A stretch of DNA of 64,000 nt, from the NCBI GenBank assembly GCA_004000625.1, contig SAUS01000001.1, forward strand, positions 3,639 through 67,638, in the 5' to 3' direction. The notes below the pieces were generated by a model. That model made no database searches, was not told where the DNA came from, and saw only the letters and a program-made list of their open reading frames with translations. Position 1 is the first letter of the stretch; each line of letters opens with the position of its first letter. Origin of the DNA: Candidatus Cibiobacter qucibialis (GTDB lineage: Bacteria; Bacillota; Clostridia; Oscillospirales; Ruminococcaceae). The position numbers were made by a program, and so were the translations under genes. This document shows, piece after piece, positions 19,131 through 29,563 of the stretch.

Positions 19131-19607
19131 ATGGCTTCCACAGCAGCAGAAATTTCAACCAACAATCATTCCGGTTCCTCCCGCACACCGCGGGTGCGCG
19201 TTGTCAAGGGCGGACGCTACGGCCTGAGCAAGGCACGCCAGTTTGCCCGCACGGCGGGCACGGTGCTGGTCATTGCCATCTTTTTTGGTTTGTTTGCCAG
19301 CATTGTCGCCAGCCAGGCACGCATCACACAGCTTTCCGGCGAAATTGATGACGCCAAGTCGGAACTGACCAATGCCCAGAGCTATAACGACTATCTGTCC
19401 ACCACCATGGATCAGATCACCAACAGCACCAGCGTCCAGCAGGAAGCGGAGGATCGGCTGGGGCTGGTTAAAATGGACCCCAGCCAGGTGACGTATGTCC
19501 GGCTGGAGGATGAAAGCGTGATCGAACGCGCAGCCGGCACAGCAGACAAGTTTTTTGCCGGTATCAAAACCGCAGCGCTCAGTCTGCTTGGCAGTTTTGA
19601 CCCGTAA
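19131..19607 (+). CDS. ftsL: Cell division protein FtsL
   Basis: 158 aa; basic N-terminus, single TM (VLVIAIFFGLFASIV), coiled-coil; position after rsmH. Confidence 0.75.
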   Translation: MASTAAEISTNNHSGSSRTPRVRVVKGGRYGLSKARQFARTAGTVLVIAIFFGLFASIVASQARITQLSGEIDDAKSELTNAQSYNDYLSTTMDQITNSTSVQQEAEDRLGLVKMDPSQVTYVRLEDESVIERAAGTADKFFAGIKTAALSLLGSFDP

Positions 19608-19620
19608 CCGATCCGGTCAA

Positions 19621-19679
19621 GGCAATACCGCATAACTTTGGGTGCCCAAGCCGTCAGGTGGGAATCATGCGGTGCTGCC
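19621..19679. repeat. Miniature derivative of the 172-bp repeat (terminal inverted repeats only)
   Basis: GGCAATACCGCAT...ATGCGGTGCTGCC flanking a 30-nt core with its own palindrome TTGGGTGCCCAA; between ftsL and pbp. Confidence 0.5.
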
Positions 19680-19784
19680 CTTACATTGCGCCAAAGCGTG
19701 CATCCCAACAGGAGCACGCTTTTTTTGCCATCATGGGCGGGCGCGTATTCGTGCAAACAGTCTTTTCTGTAAAGGAATGAACCT

Positions 19785-22415
19785 ATGCCAAAGCAACCCG
19801 ACAACAAGAATCAATCCACGCGTCATCACAACCGCCGCAGCCCGGAGCCGGGGCAGAATCATGCGCTTACACTGAACGGACGCATCATGGTTTTGCTGCT
19901 GGTGATCGGCTTTATCGCTGCGGGGTGCGGCGTTCTGATTTATAAGCTGTATACCCTGCAGATCCGGGATGCTGAGCAGTACCGTGTTCAGGCGGCGGAA
20001 CAGCAGCTTTCCGATACCCAGATCCCCGCCACGCGTGGCTCTATTTATTCCGCTAACGGCAAACTGCTGGCCAAAAGCAGTGTGGTGTGGAACATTATTG
20101 CCAACCCGTCCAAGTGCAACCAGGATTATGTGGCGGAAACCAGCCAGAAAATCAGCGAATTGCTGAACGGGAGCGTCAGCGCGGAAAAAATTCAGGAGCA
20201 GCTGAGCAAAACGAACAGCCAGTACCGCGTGATTGCCAAGGGCATTGATATGGTAACGGCGCAATCCATTATTGACTATGCCAACACCAAACGCATTACC
20301 AACGGCAAGGCGGAGGGGGATCCGGATGCCAAGTACGAAACGGTGCTTTCCATGTACAAGGAATCCTCCTCCACGCGGGAATACCCTAACGGAATGTACC
20401 TTTCCTCGGTCTTGGGCTTTTGTGATGACAGCGGCAACGGCATGTACGGCCTGGAAAAATCGTATGATGAGAAACTGGTCGGTACACCAGGGCGCAGCAT
20501 CAGCAGCGAGAACGCATGGGGCTATGAACTGGCTAACGAGGAAAGCGATACCCACGCGGCTATCAACGGCTATAACCTGAACCTGACCATTGACGATACC
20601 ATCCAGACCGTGCTGGAAACCGAGCTTTCCAACGCAATTGATGACTATGATGTGCAGAACCGTGCCAGCGCCATTGTGATGAATGTGAACACCGGCGCGG
20701 TGCTGGGTATGGCAACGGCGCCGCAGTTTGACCCCAACGATCCGTATAATATCACCGAACCCAAATTGCAGGCTATCCTGGATAATGCCGGAACGGCGCT
20801 GACGGAGGACGATATTTCCGTCCTGCAAAGCCGTTTGGGGCAGGACGCCGTAGCGGATATCATTGCGGACGGCGTTGTGAACCCCAACGGAACAAAAAGC
20901 ATCGACGAAGAAGGCAACGAAATCGACGTTCCCAGCGAAAAAAGCCAGCTGCAGGGCATGATCCGTGAGGCCGAGTGGAAGAACAAAGCCGTGACGGAAT
21001 TGTATTACCCCGGCTCAGTCTTTAAGCTCATGACGGCCGCTGCGGCGCTGGATTCCGGCCTGATGGGGGCGGACCAGCAGTTTTACTGCGGCGGCAACCT
21101 GACAGTATTCCCCAATACCGAGTGGGAACACAGCTACCGCTGCGCCGAGGGCAACACTCACGGCTGGCTGGATATGGCCGGGGCGCTGAACCACAGCTGC
21201 AACCTGTACTTTATCCAGGTGGCGGAAAAAATGAGCGCCGAATTCTTTTATAACTACTACCAGGCGTTTGGCCTGACCCAGACCACTGGCATTGATCTGC
21301 CGTATGAGGCAAAGGGCATCTCCAAAACCCAGCAGGAGATGGAGCAGGTGGAAACGGACCTGTACTCCACCGCGTTCGGCCAGTCCCAAAAGCTGACCCT
21401 GATCCAGATGGCAGCCGCCGTGGCTTCCACCGTGAACGGCGGCTACCTGATGACCCCCTATGTGGTGGATAATATGACGGACGACACCGGCAACGTGGTA
21501 TGGCAGGCTGAAACCGACATAAAGCGCCAGGTCGTCAGCGAGGAAGTCAGTGAGCAGATCCGCGCCATGATGGAAAACAACGTGGGTCACACCGGTACCA
21601 GCAATGACCTGGACTATCACGGTTGTGCCAGCGCTTATGTGGCGGGCTACCGCATCGGCGGCAAATCCGGTACGGGAGAACAGCTGGACTGGAAAGACGC
21701 TTACAAGTACCGCCCGGACGGCGACTACCGCAAGGCCATCAGCTTTGCCGCCATCCTTCCGGCGGACGACCCGGAAATTCTGGTGCTGGTCATGATGGAT
21801 GACCCGCGCTGGATCTTTGACTACGCTTCCCAGATTGTGGCCCCTGTTACCGGCAACATCATCAGCCAGATCGCGCCGTATCTTGGCATTGAACGGGATG
21901 CTTCTTATGATAGCAACGGCAGTGTGGAAGTGCCAAATGCCATTGGCACCCGCTGGACTTCCGCCCAGGTCAAGATGAACGCCGCCGGGCTTTCCCACCG
22001 GTTTGTGGATACCAGCGACGGCGATGTTGTGTATCAGTACCCCGCAGGCGGCACCGTGGTGCCCGCAGGCTCCACAGTTTACCTGTATACCCAGTCCACC
22101 ACCGACGCCACCACCACCGTGCCGGATGCCACCGGCAAAACCGGAACCTTTGCCGCACAGATGCTCAAGGCTTCCGGCGTCAATGTGGCAATTTCGGGCA
22201 GTGCATCGGACCGTGTTGTCAGCCAGGATATTGAGGTTGGGAGTGTGGTGCCCTACGGCACAGTCGTTACCCTGACCACGGAACCCGACGGCAGCAGCGA
22301 TGCCCAGCAGGATGCAGATACCCCGCAGGACGATGCCGCCCAGGACGCCGCCGGTGAAAATGATCAGGATAGCACGACCCAGGATGATACCGGAAGCGAT
22401 GCCGAGCAGCAATAA
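19785..22415 (+). CDS. Penicillin-binding transpeptidase (FtsI/PBP2B/SpoVD-like) with C-terminal PASTA domains and acidic tail
   Basis: SxxK (GSVFKL), SxN (HSCN), KSG (GKSGTG) motifs; two PASTA-like repeats; D/Q-rich low-complexity C-terminus. Confidence 0.9.
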   Translation: MPKQPDNKNQSTRHHNRRSPEPGQNHALTLNGRIMVLLLVIGFIAAGCGVLIYKLYTLQIRDAEQYRVQAAEQQLSDTQIPATRGSIYSANGKLLAKSSVVWNIIANPSKCNQDYVAETSQKISELLNGSVSAEKIQEQLSKTNSQYRVIAKGIDMVTAQSIIDYANTKRITNGKAEGDPDAKYETVLSMYKESSSTREYPNGMYLSSVLGFCDDSGNGMYGLEKSYDEKLVGTPGRSISSENAWGYELANEESDTHAAINGYNLNLTIDDTIQTVLETELSNAIDDYDVQNRASAIVMNVNTGAVLGMATAPQFDPNDPYNITEPKLQAILDNAGTALTEDDISVLQSRLGQDAVADIIADGVVNPNGTKSIDEEGNEIDVPSEKSQLQGMIREAEWKNKAVTELYYPGSVFKLMTAAAALDSGLMGADQQFYCGGNLTVFPNTEWEHSYRCAEGNTHGWLDMAGALNHSCNLYFIQVAEKMSAEFFYNYYQAFGLTQTTGIDLPYEAKGISKTQQEMEQVETDLYSTAFGQSQKLTLIQMAAAVASTVNGGYLMTPYVVDNMTDDTGNVVWQAETDIKRQVVSEEVSEQIRAMMENNVGHTGTSNDLDYHGCASAYVAGYRIGGKSGTGEQLDWKDAYKYRPDGDYRKAISFAAILPADDPEILVLVMMDDPRWIFDYASQIVAPVTGNIISQIAPYLGIERDASYDSNGSVEVPNAIGTRWTSAQVKMNAAGLSHRFVDTSDGDVVYQYPAGGTVVPAGSTVYLYTQSTTDATTTVPDATGKTGTFAAQMLKASGVNVAISGSASDRVVSQDIEVGSVVPYGTVVTLTTEPDGSSDAQQDADTPQDDAAQDAAGENDQDSTTQDDTGSDAEQQ

Positions 22416-22491
22416 CCCCGGCCACGGCAGGGGAACCCCACAGCAAACTGAAACATGCCGCAACTAAACCAACCAAAAGGAGCGTGTTCCC

Positions 22492-23871
22492 ATGAAAACC
22501 ATGAACGCGAATGAACTTCTGGCCGGGCTGGCACTGGCCCGCCCGGTGCCCATCACCGCCGTTGTAACGGACTCCCGCAAGGTGCAGCCGGGCTGCATTT
22601 TTGTCTGCTTCCCCGGCGAGCGTGTGGACGGCCACGACTATGCCGCCAAGGCGTACCAGGCCGGGGCCGAGTATGTGATCGCCAACCATCCCGTGGAGGG
22701 CGTGCCGGAGAATCACCTTGTCATCTGTGAATCCAGCTACCTTGCCATGATCCGTATGGCATCCAACTACCGCACGCTGTTCAGCCCGCTGATGATCGGT
22801 GTGACCGGCAGCGTGGGCAAAACCACCACCAAAGAGTTCTGCTATGCGGTTCTTTCGGCTTTTGGCAATACCTTAAAAACAGAGGGCAACCAGAACAATG
22901 AGATCGGCCTGCCCAACACGCTGTTCCGCCTGGAGGATACCACCCAGTATGCTGTGGTGGAAATGGGCATGAGCCACCTGGGCGAGATTGCCCGCCTGGT
23001 GCGCGCAGCGCGGCCGTCTGCCGGTATCATTACGATGATCGGCGTTTCTCACCTGGAAAATCTGGGCACACGGGAGAATATATTGAAGGCAAAGATGGAA
23101 ATCTGCCAGGGCCTGCCGGACGGCGCCCCGCTGGTTCTGAATGCGGACGATGACCTGCTGCCCACCGCGCAGATCCCCGGCCGCCTGCGCCCGGTGTGGT
23201 TCGGCATCCGCTCCAGCTCCGCCGATGTGCGCGCCATCAATATTCATACCGTAGGGGAGGGTACCGGCTTTACCCTGGTGGATAACGTGGACGGCGAAAC
23301 CTATGAGTTCAGTGTAACCATCCCCACGGCAGGCGTTCATACCGTGTATGATGCCCTTGCTGCTTACACTGCAGCCACCCGCTTGGGGCTGGAGCGTGCC
23401 CGCGCCGCCCGTGCGCTGGCCAGCTATCAGACCACCGGTATGCGCCAGAACATTGTGCAGCACGGCGGTGTGACCTTTATTGAGGATTGCTATAACGCCA
23501 GCCCGGACAGCATGAAAGCAGCCTTGCAGATTCTGCATGACCGCCAGCCCGGCCCCGGCGGCCGCCGCATTGCCGTGCTGGGCGATATGCTGGAACTTGG
23601 CGCTGCCAGTGAACCCGGCCACCGCCAGACCGGCAAATGGGCTGCCGATGCCGCCGACCTGCTGGTGGCTTACGGCCCGTTGAGCGCAGCCATGGCCGAA
23701 GCAGCCCGGCAGAAAGGGCTGCAAACCATCCATTGCCAAGCGGCGGAGGAAGTAGTAGAATATTTACGGCAGAACGTCCGCCCCGGCGATGTTGTGCTGG
23801 CAAAAGCCAGCCACGCCATGAAGCTGGATGATGTATTAAAGCGGCTTTACGCGGCGCTGCCAAACGCATAA
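22492..23871 (+). CDS. murF: UDP-N-acetylmuramoyl-tripeptide--D-alanyl-D-alanine ligase MurF
   Basis: P-loop GVTGSVGKTTTKE; Mur ligase middle and C domains. Confidence 0.9.
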   Translation: MKTMNANELLAGLALARPVPITAVVTDSRKVQPGCIFVCFPGERVDGHDYAAKAYQAGAEYVIANHPVEGVPENHLVICESSYLAMIRMASNYRTLFSPLMIGVTGSVGKTTTKEFCYAVLSAFGNTLKTEGNQNNEIGLPNTLFRLEDTTQYAVVEMGMSHLGEIARLVRAARPSAGIITMIGVSHLENLGTRENILKAKMEICQGLPDGAPLVLNADDDLLPTAQIPGRLRPVWFGIRSSSADVRAINIHTVGEGTGFTLVDNVDGETYEFSVTIPTAGVHTVYDALAAYTAATRLGLERARAARALASYQTTGMRQNIVQHGGVTFIEDCYNASPDSMKAALQILHDRQPGPGGRRIAVLGDMLELGAASEPGHRQTGKWAADAADLLVAYGPLSAAMAEAARQKGLQTIHCQAAEEVVEYLRQNVRPGDVVLAKASHAMKLDDVLKRLYAALPNA

Positions 23872-23895
23872 TTGCATATTTTGGGGGAATATCAC

Positions 23896-24909
23896 ATGGG
23901 AATGATCGTTTCTTGGATGCTGGTTGCCGCGGCAATCGGTGCGTTTGCCGTTACGGCACTTTCAGGCTGTTTTGTAATTCCGGCACTGCACAAGCTGCAC
24001 TTCGGCCAGACCATCCGGGAATCCGGCCCGACCTGGCATAACAAAAAACAGGGCACACCCACCATGGGCGGCCTGTGCTTCATCTTTGGCATTCTGGTGG
24101 CCTGCGGCCTGGTGTATGCCGGGTTCTACCGCTATGCACAGGACCTTTTGGGCATTGTGCAGGTGCGCGCCGCCTTGCTGGCGCTGTTCCTGGCGTTTGG
24201 TTCCGGCTTTATCGGTTTTCTGGATGACTATATCAAGGTCGTCAAGCACCGCAACCTGGGCCTGCTTGCCTGGCAAAAGCTTATCATGCAGTTCATTGTT
24301 ACCGGCGGCTTCCTGGTGGGGCTGCACATGCAGGGCCTGCTGACCACCATCATTATGCTGCCCTTTATCGGTGCGGTAGATCTGGGCTGGGTGTATTACC
24401 CCATTGCGTTCTTCGGCATCATCTTTTTGGTCAATGCCGTCAACCTGACGGATGGTCTGGACGGCCTGTGCTCCTGTGTGACCTTTGTTTCCATGCTGGG
24501 CTACCTGCTGGCTGCCAGCATGCTCAGCTTTTATCATGTGGCCGTTCTGGCGGCGGCAACGGCTGCTGCGGCAGCGGGTTTCCTGGTGTGGAACTTCTAC
24601 CCGGCCAAAGTGTTCATGGGCGATACCGGCAGCATGTTCCTGGGCGGTATGGTAACGGCCCTTGCCTTTATCATGGGCCGGCCGGAGTTGGTGTTCTTCT
24701 TTGGCATTGTGTATATCTGGGACGCCATGACCGTTGTGATCCAGCGCGTTTACTTCAAGCTGACCCACGGCAAGCGCATTTTCCGCATGACACCGATCCA
24801 CCACGCATTCGAGATGCGCGGCTGGAAAGAAGTCAAGATCGACTTTTTCTTCAGCCTGATCGCCATTATCGGCGTGGTGCTGGGCCTGATGTACGTTTAC
24901 ATGGCATAA
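23896..24909 (+). CDS. mraY: Phospho-N-acetylmuramoyl-pentapeptide transferase MraY
   Basis: 10-TM; conserved DD, NxxNxxDGxDGL (NAVNLTDGLDGL), HH motifs; start at MGMIVSW with GGGGGA RBS. Confidence 0.9.
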   Translation: MGMIVSWMLVAAAIGAFAVTALSGCFVIPALHKLHFGQTIRESGPTWHNKKQGTPTMGGLCFIFGILVACGLVYAGFYRYAQDLLGIVQVRAALLALFLAFGSGFIGFLDDYIKVVKHRNLGLLAWQKLIMQFIVTGGFLVGLHMQGLLTTIIMLPFIGAVDLGWVYYPIAFFGIIFLVNAVNLTDGLDGLCSCVTFVSMLGYLLAASMLSFYHVAVLAAATAAAAAGFLVWNFYPAKVFMGDTGSMFLGGMVTALAFIMGRPELVFFFGIVYIWDAMTVVIQRVYFKLTHGKRIFRMTPIHHAFEMRGWKEVKIDFFFSLIAIIGVVLGLMYVYMA

Positions 24910-24946
24910 AATATTCTTAGCGTTCAGAAAGGGGGCTGTACCGCAA

Positions 24947-26194
24947 ATGACGCTTGCCCAGCTTTTCGATTTGGCCTTTGGCAACATTGGCAGGTTTTTT
25001 AAGGAAATCGCGTTCAAAAAAGAGGAACGCGGCAAACTTTCCTATGGCTTTGTCGGCACGCTGATCCTTGTGTTGACTTACGGGCTGATCATGCTGTTCT
25101 CCGCCAGTTACTCCACCGGGTATTACCGCTTCAAGGGGGATATTTACCACTTTATCCGCCCGCAGGCAATTCTGGCGGTGGTGGGGCTGGTGCTGATGTA
25201 TCTGATTTCCAACATCAACTACCGCAGCCTGCGCCACATGAACTGGTACTTATACATTTTAACGCTGCTGCTTTTGGTGTGGGCCCTGTTCAGTGAGCCG
25301 TACAACGGTTGTTACCGCTGGGTGTATATGTTTGGCACAACCCTGCAGCCTTCGGAGCTGGCAAAGTTTTCGGCTATTTTGGGTCTTGCCTGCTTTGCGG
25401 ACCGGTATTATGAAAAACGGGGAACACTGCTTTACGGCATTGTGCTGCCCGTGCTGCCGCTGCTGCCGGTGCTGGTTCTGCTGTACAAAGAACCCCATAA
25501 CTCTGCTATCATGCTGATCCTGCTGATTGCGGGCAGTATGATTTTGTGTGGCGGTGTGGGCCGGTTCTGGTGCATCCCGGCGGCAGGCGCGGCTGTGTTT
25601 GTGATTTACAAAATGCTGACCGGACAGGATAACTATGTTCAGCAGCGCCTCGGCGCATGGAACGGTGACGAGGGCGATATTTTGTACCAGACCCAGCAGA
25701 GCCTGTATTCCATTGCGTCCGGCGGGCTGACCGGCCTGGGCATTGGCAACAGCCGCCAAAAGCACCTCTGGCTGCCGGAAGCCAGCAACGACTTTATCTT
25801 TTCCGTTCTGTGCGAAGAGCTGGGCTTTATCGGCGCGGTGATCTGTATGGGCCTTTTTGCCGCACTGATCATTCAGGGCGTTATCATCGCCCTGAACTCG
25901 CCGGATTATTTTGGTACGATGCTGGGTATTGGCATTATGTCGCAAATTGCCTGGCAGGCCATGATCCACATTGCGGTGGTCACCAATGTGGCCCCAAATA
26001 CCGGCATCAGCCTGCCGTTTTTTTCCTCCGGTGGTACCAGCCTGCTGATTCTATTGTGTGAGATGGGCATTATACTAAGCATATCGCGGGCGGGCAACGC
26101 GCAAAACGCTGCGCGCAGCAAGCGCTCGCATGAAGAACTTGCCCGCCGGATGAACCCGCAGCGCCGCACTCACAAAGCCCTGCACAGCAACTGA
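24947..26194 (+). CDS. ftsW: SEDS-family peptidoglycan glycosyltransferase FtsW
   Basis: 415 aa polytopic; FtsW/RodA motifs (SQPSE-like LQPSELAKF, PEASNDFIFS, SSGGTSL). Confidence 0.85.
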   Translation: MTLAQLFDLAFGNIGRFFKEIAFKKEERGKLSYGFVGTLILVLTYGLIMLFSASYSTGYYRFKGDIYHFIRPQAILAVVGLVLMYLISNINYRSLRHMNWYLYILTLLLLVWALFSEPYNGCYRWVYMFGTTLQPSELAKFSAILGLACFADRYYEKRGTLLYGIVLPVLPLLPVLVLLYKEPHNSAIMLILLIAGSMILCGGVGRFWCIPAAGAAVFVIYKMLTGQDNYVQQRLGAWNGDEGDILYQTQQSLYSIASGGLTGLGIGNSRQKHLWLPEASNDFIFSVLCEELGFIGAVICMGLFAALIIQGVIIALNSPDYFGTMLGIGIMSQIAWQAMIHIAVVTNVAPNTGISLPFFSSGGTSLLILLCEMGIILSISRAGNAQNAARSKRSHEELARRMNPQRRTHKALHSN

Positions 26195-26246
26195 GAATTC
26201 CCGCATGCCTGCGGAAAGCATTGTTCTCTTTGGTTTCAGATATAAG

Positions 26247-26417
26247 GCAATACCGCACAATTCCCGCCTTACGGCTTAAGCACCGCTCCGGCGGCTGCGG
26301 CACGGCATCTGCGTTGCCAAAATACTCGATAATACACAAAGTATTATCTGCGCTTTTGGCTTAGCAGCTGCCGCACCTCGCTCGCCGTATCGGCACTTAG
26401 AATTATGCGGTATTGCC
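26247..26417. repeat. ~172-bp palindromic intergenic repeat, copy C (inside dcw cluster between ftsW and murG)
   Basis: Same family; central hairpin loop differs (ACAAA vs ATCCAG) while stem GATAATAC/GTATTATC is perfect. Confidence 0.85.
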
Positions 26418-26459
26418 ATAACATAAACGTTCGATTTTACGGAGAAAAGAGGAATCACT

Positions 26460-27581
26460 ATGCGTGTTTTGATTGCTGCCGGCGGCACAGCCGGCCATAT
26501 CAACCCGGCACTTGCCATTGCCGGAGCCTTAAAGGCGGCGGACCCCGCGGCCGAGATCCACTTTGCCGGGCGGAAAGAGGGCATGGAGTACGGCCTTGTA
26601 ACCAAGGCAGGGTACCCGTTCCACCATATTGAGATCAACGGTTTCCAGCGCAAGCCAACCCTGAAGAACGTGGGCCGCAACGTGGTAGCGCTCTACCATC
26701 TGGCTCTGTCCGGCCCGCGCACGGCGGCTATCCTGAAAGAGGTCCGGCCCGATCTGGTCATCGGCTGCGGCGGTTATGTCAGCGGCCCGGTGGTGCGCGC
26801 CGCCGCCAAAAAGGGCATCAAGACCGCCATCCATGAGCAGAACGCATTCCCCGGTGTGACCAACAAGCTGCTGGCCAAGGATGTGGACGTGGTGTTTGCC
26901 GCTTCTGCCGCTGCGGTGGAAAAGCTTGGCGCGCCGGAGAAGACCCTTGTGGTTGGCAACCCTGTCCGCCCGGAAATTTTGAACCGTGACCGCGCCGCCG
27001 CCCGTGCTGCTGTGCACGCGGGGGACCGCACCGTGATTTTGAGCTTCGGCGGCTCTTTGGGGGCCCGCCGTATCAACGAGGTTGTGGCAGAGCTGTGCGC
27101 GTGGGAGCAGGCAAACGATCTGCCCGTGTTGCACCTGCACGCCACCGGCAGCCGCGGCGTAAAGCTGTTTGAGGACCTGGAAGCCAAGAACCACTTTGCC
27201 CCCGGTGCCAACCTTGTGGTAAAAGAATACATTGATAATATGCCGGATCTGCTGGCCGCGGCGGACCTTGTTATTTCCCGCTCCGGTGCGCTGACGCTGG
27301 CGGAGCTGGAAGCCATGGGCCGCGCGTCCATCCTGATCCCTAGCCCCAATGTGGCCGAAAACCACCAGTATTACAATGCACTGGAGCTGCAAAACGCCGG
27401 TGCCGCCATTGTGATTGAAGAAAAAGACCTGACCGGTATCAAGCTGATCGAAACCGTGCATGCCCTGTTGGCAGAGCCCGGCAAACTGACGGCCATGGGC
27501 ACCGCCGCCAAGACCCTGGGCAACCCCAAGAGCCTGGAACTGATCACCGCAAAGCTGCTGGAACTGGTGAACGGAAAGTAA
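26460..27581 (+). CDS. murG: Undecaprenyldiphospho-muramoylpentapeptide beta-N-acetylglucosaminyltransferase MurG
   Basis: MRVLIAAGGTAGHINPALAIA; GT28 N and C domains. Confidence 0.95.
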   Translation: MRVLIAAGGTAGHINPALAIAGALKAADPAAEIHFAGRKEGMEYGLVTKAGYPFHHIEINGFQRKPTLKNVGRNVVALYHLALSGPRTAAILKEVRPDLVIGCGGYVSGPVVRAAAKKGIKTAIHEQNAFPGVTNKLLAKDVDVVFAASAAAVEKLGAPEKTLVVGNPVRPEILNRDRAAARAAVHAGDRTVILSFGGSLGARRINEVVAELCAWEQANDLPVLHLHATGSRGVKLFEDLEAKNHFAPGANLVVKEYIDNMPDLLAAADLVISRSGALTLAELEAMGRASILIPSPNVAENHQYYNALELQNAGAAIVIEEKDLTGIKLIETVHALLAEPGKLTAMGTAAKTLGNPKSLELITAKLLELVNGK

Positions 27582-27639
27582 CCTGCCGGAACAAACCGGC
27601 AGCAAATAAAAGCTGAAACACAGAAAGGAGGTACACCCC

Positions 27640-28923
27640 ATGGACCGCAATCAGCGCAGCCGAAACCAGAAAAAAAGTGTACCTCCCCGCAAGGGTCAGC
27701 CCAGCCATCGCAACACCAAAAGCGCCCCGCCGCAGCGCAGCAGCCGCCCGGCGGGCAGCCAGCAGCGGCCAAAGGGCAGCGGCCAGCGTCCCGCAAAACA
27801 GCCCGAACGCCAGCCGCCCAAACAGCAGCAAAAGCGCCCCCGCCCCCAACAGAACCCCCAAAAGCCGGGGTACCGTTCCAGCGCGCCACAGGTGCAGCGC
27901 CGCGTTACCCGCGCGGAACAGCTGCGAATCCGCCGCCGCAAGGCCATCATCGGGGTGCTGTGCGTTTTGGCAGTGCTGGTGGTCGGCATTGTGCTTTCCA
28001 TCAACCTGTTGTTCAAGGTGACGGATTTCCGGGTGGAAAATGCGGACCGCACCACCCCCGCCAATACCGGCATTTATACCGAACAACAGCTGATCGATGC
28101 AACCGGCATTCAGGTGGGGGATAACCTGTACGGTTTTTCCACCAAAGAAAAATCTGACCAGCTGTTGGCGCAGATGCCGTACCTGGATGTGGCAGTCGTC
28201 ACCCGCCAGGCCCCCGGCACCGTGATCATCCGGGTGCAGCCTGCGGTGGAACGCTTTAAGATGGAGTATTCCGGCAGCTGGCTGGTGCTGAGCGAACAGC
28301 TGAAAGTGCTGCGTGTGGAGCCGGCAGAGCCGGATAATCTGGTGCAGCTGGATGCCCTGCTGCCAGAGGGCGCGGCCACCACGCCGGGCAGCTTCCTGAC
28401 ACTGGATGCCCCCAGCGAGCCGACCGCCCTGGCAACGGCCATGCCAAGCGGCACCGCAACGCCGGAAAATGCAGACGAAGCCGATACGGCACAGGAGACC
28501 CCCAACGAGGTGCTGAACGAACTGCTGGGCGAACTGGACCAGTATGGCCTGCTGGATGGCACCACGGTGCTGACCATGCAGAACATGACCGAGCTGAGCT
28601 TTTTGTATCAGGGCCGTGTGTCGGTCCAGCTGGGCACGGCAAACAATCTGGATTACAAGATCCGGTTTGCCGCCTATATCATTCTGGATACCGGTGGCGA
28701 TGGCCTGGCAAGCAGTGACCGCGGTACGCTGGATGTTTCGGACCAGCAGACGGACGGCACCATTCAGCCGCGCTTTTTGCCGGCGGAAAACCCTGTGGCC
28801 ACCCCGGAGCCGACCCCGGAACCCCCGGCAGAGGATACCACGGATGCTGCCGCCGATGCAGCGGCAGATGGTGCAGACCTGACTGCCGATGCGCCCCAGG
28901 ATGACACCCAAAGCCAGGAATAA
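27640..28923 (+). CDS. Cell division protein FtsQ/DivIB with long basic disordered N-terminus and acidic C-terminal tail
   Basis: ~110-aa R/K/P/Q-rich N-terminus, single TM, POTRA-like region (FRVENADRT...), position after murG. Confidence 0.7.
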   Translation: MDRNQRSRNQKKSVPPRKGQPSHRNTKSAPPQRSSRPAGSQQRPKGSGQRPAKQPERQPPKQQQKRPRPQQNPQKPGYRSSAPQVQRRVTRAEQLRIRRRKAIIGVLCVLAVLVVGIVLSINLLFKVTDFRVENADRTTPANTGIYTEQQLIDATGIQVGDNLYGFSTKEKSDQLLAQMPYLDVAVVTRQAPGTVIIRVQPAVERFKMEYSGSWLVLSEQLKVLRVEPAEPDNLVQLDALLPEGAATTPGSFLTLDAPSEPTALATAMPSGTATPENADEADTAQETPNEVLNELLGELDQYGLLDGTTVLTMQNMTELSFLYQGRVSVQLGTANNLDYKIRFAAYIILDTGGDGLASSDRGTLDVSDQQTDGTIQPRFLPAENPVATPEPTPEPPAEDTTDAAADAAADGADLTADAPQDDTQSQE

Positions 28924-28935
28924 AAGAACAACCGA

Positions 28936-28979
28936 TCCTGCCGATGCCGTTTCCAAGCGGTGCGGCAGGACTTTTTTTA
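28936..28979 (+). terminator. Intrinsic terminator after ftsQ
   Basis: CCTGCCG...CGGCAGG stem followed by ACTTTTTTTAT. Confidence 0.65.
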
Positions 28980-29050
28980 TCGCTGCCTGTAACAAAACGG
29001 CGGCCGCGGCCACCAATATCATGTAAGGCGCCTGAACAAAGCGAAAGGAG

Positions 29051-29563
29051 GTGGGCCAAAGCATGAAACTGCTGGAGCTGGAGGAACTGTACCGGCGCTA
29101 CCGGATGGATCTGTACCGCTACCTCTGCTTTTTGACCCACGACCCTGTGCAGGCGGAAGACCTGTTGAGCGAAACATTTGTGCGGGTCATCAAGCGGCTG
29201 CCCACTTTCCGTGGAGAGTGCGAGGTAAAAACCTGGCTGTTTGGCATTGCACGCAATATCTGGCTGGAAAGCCTGCGCAGGCGGCACCAGTCCGTCAGCC
29301 TGGACGATTTGATGGAACGCTACATAACCGATGATGCCCTGACCGAAACCACCGCCGCCCGCCAAAAGCTGCGCCGCGTGCAGGCTTTGCTGCAGCAAAA
29401 GGACGAGCGCACCCGCAGCGTGGTATACCTGCGGGCGCAGGGGTATTCGTACCAGGAAATTGCCCAAAAACTGCAAATAACCGAAGCATCCGCGCGGGTG
29501 GTGGAGCACCGTACCCGCGCCTGGCTGAAAGCAACTCTGCAAAAGGAGGGATACGACGAATGA
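29051..29563 (+). CDS. ECF-family RNA polymerase sigma factor (sigma-70 regions 2 and 4)
   Basis: 170 aa; region 2 (LYRYLCFLTHDPVQAEDLLSETFVRV), region 4 HTH (RSVVYLRAQGYSYQEIAQKL). Confidence 0.85.
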   Translation: MGQSMKLLELEELYRRYRMDLYRYLCFLTHDPVQAEDLLSETFVRVIKRLPTFRGECEVKTWLFGIARNIWLESLRRRHQSVSLDDLMERYITDDALTETTAARQKLRRVQALLQQKDERTRSVVYLRAQGYSYQEIAQKLQITEASARVVEHRTRAWLKATLQKEGYDE

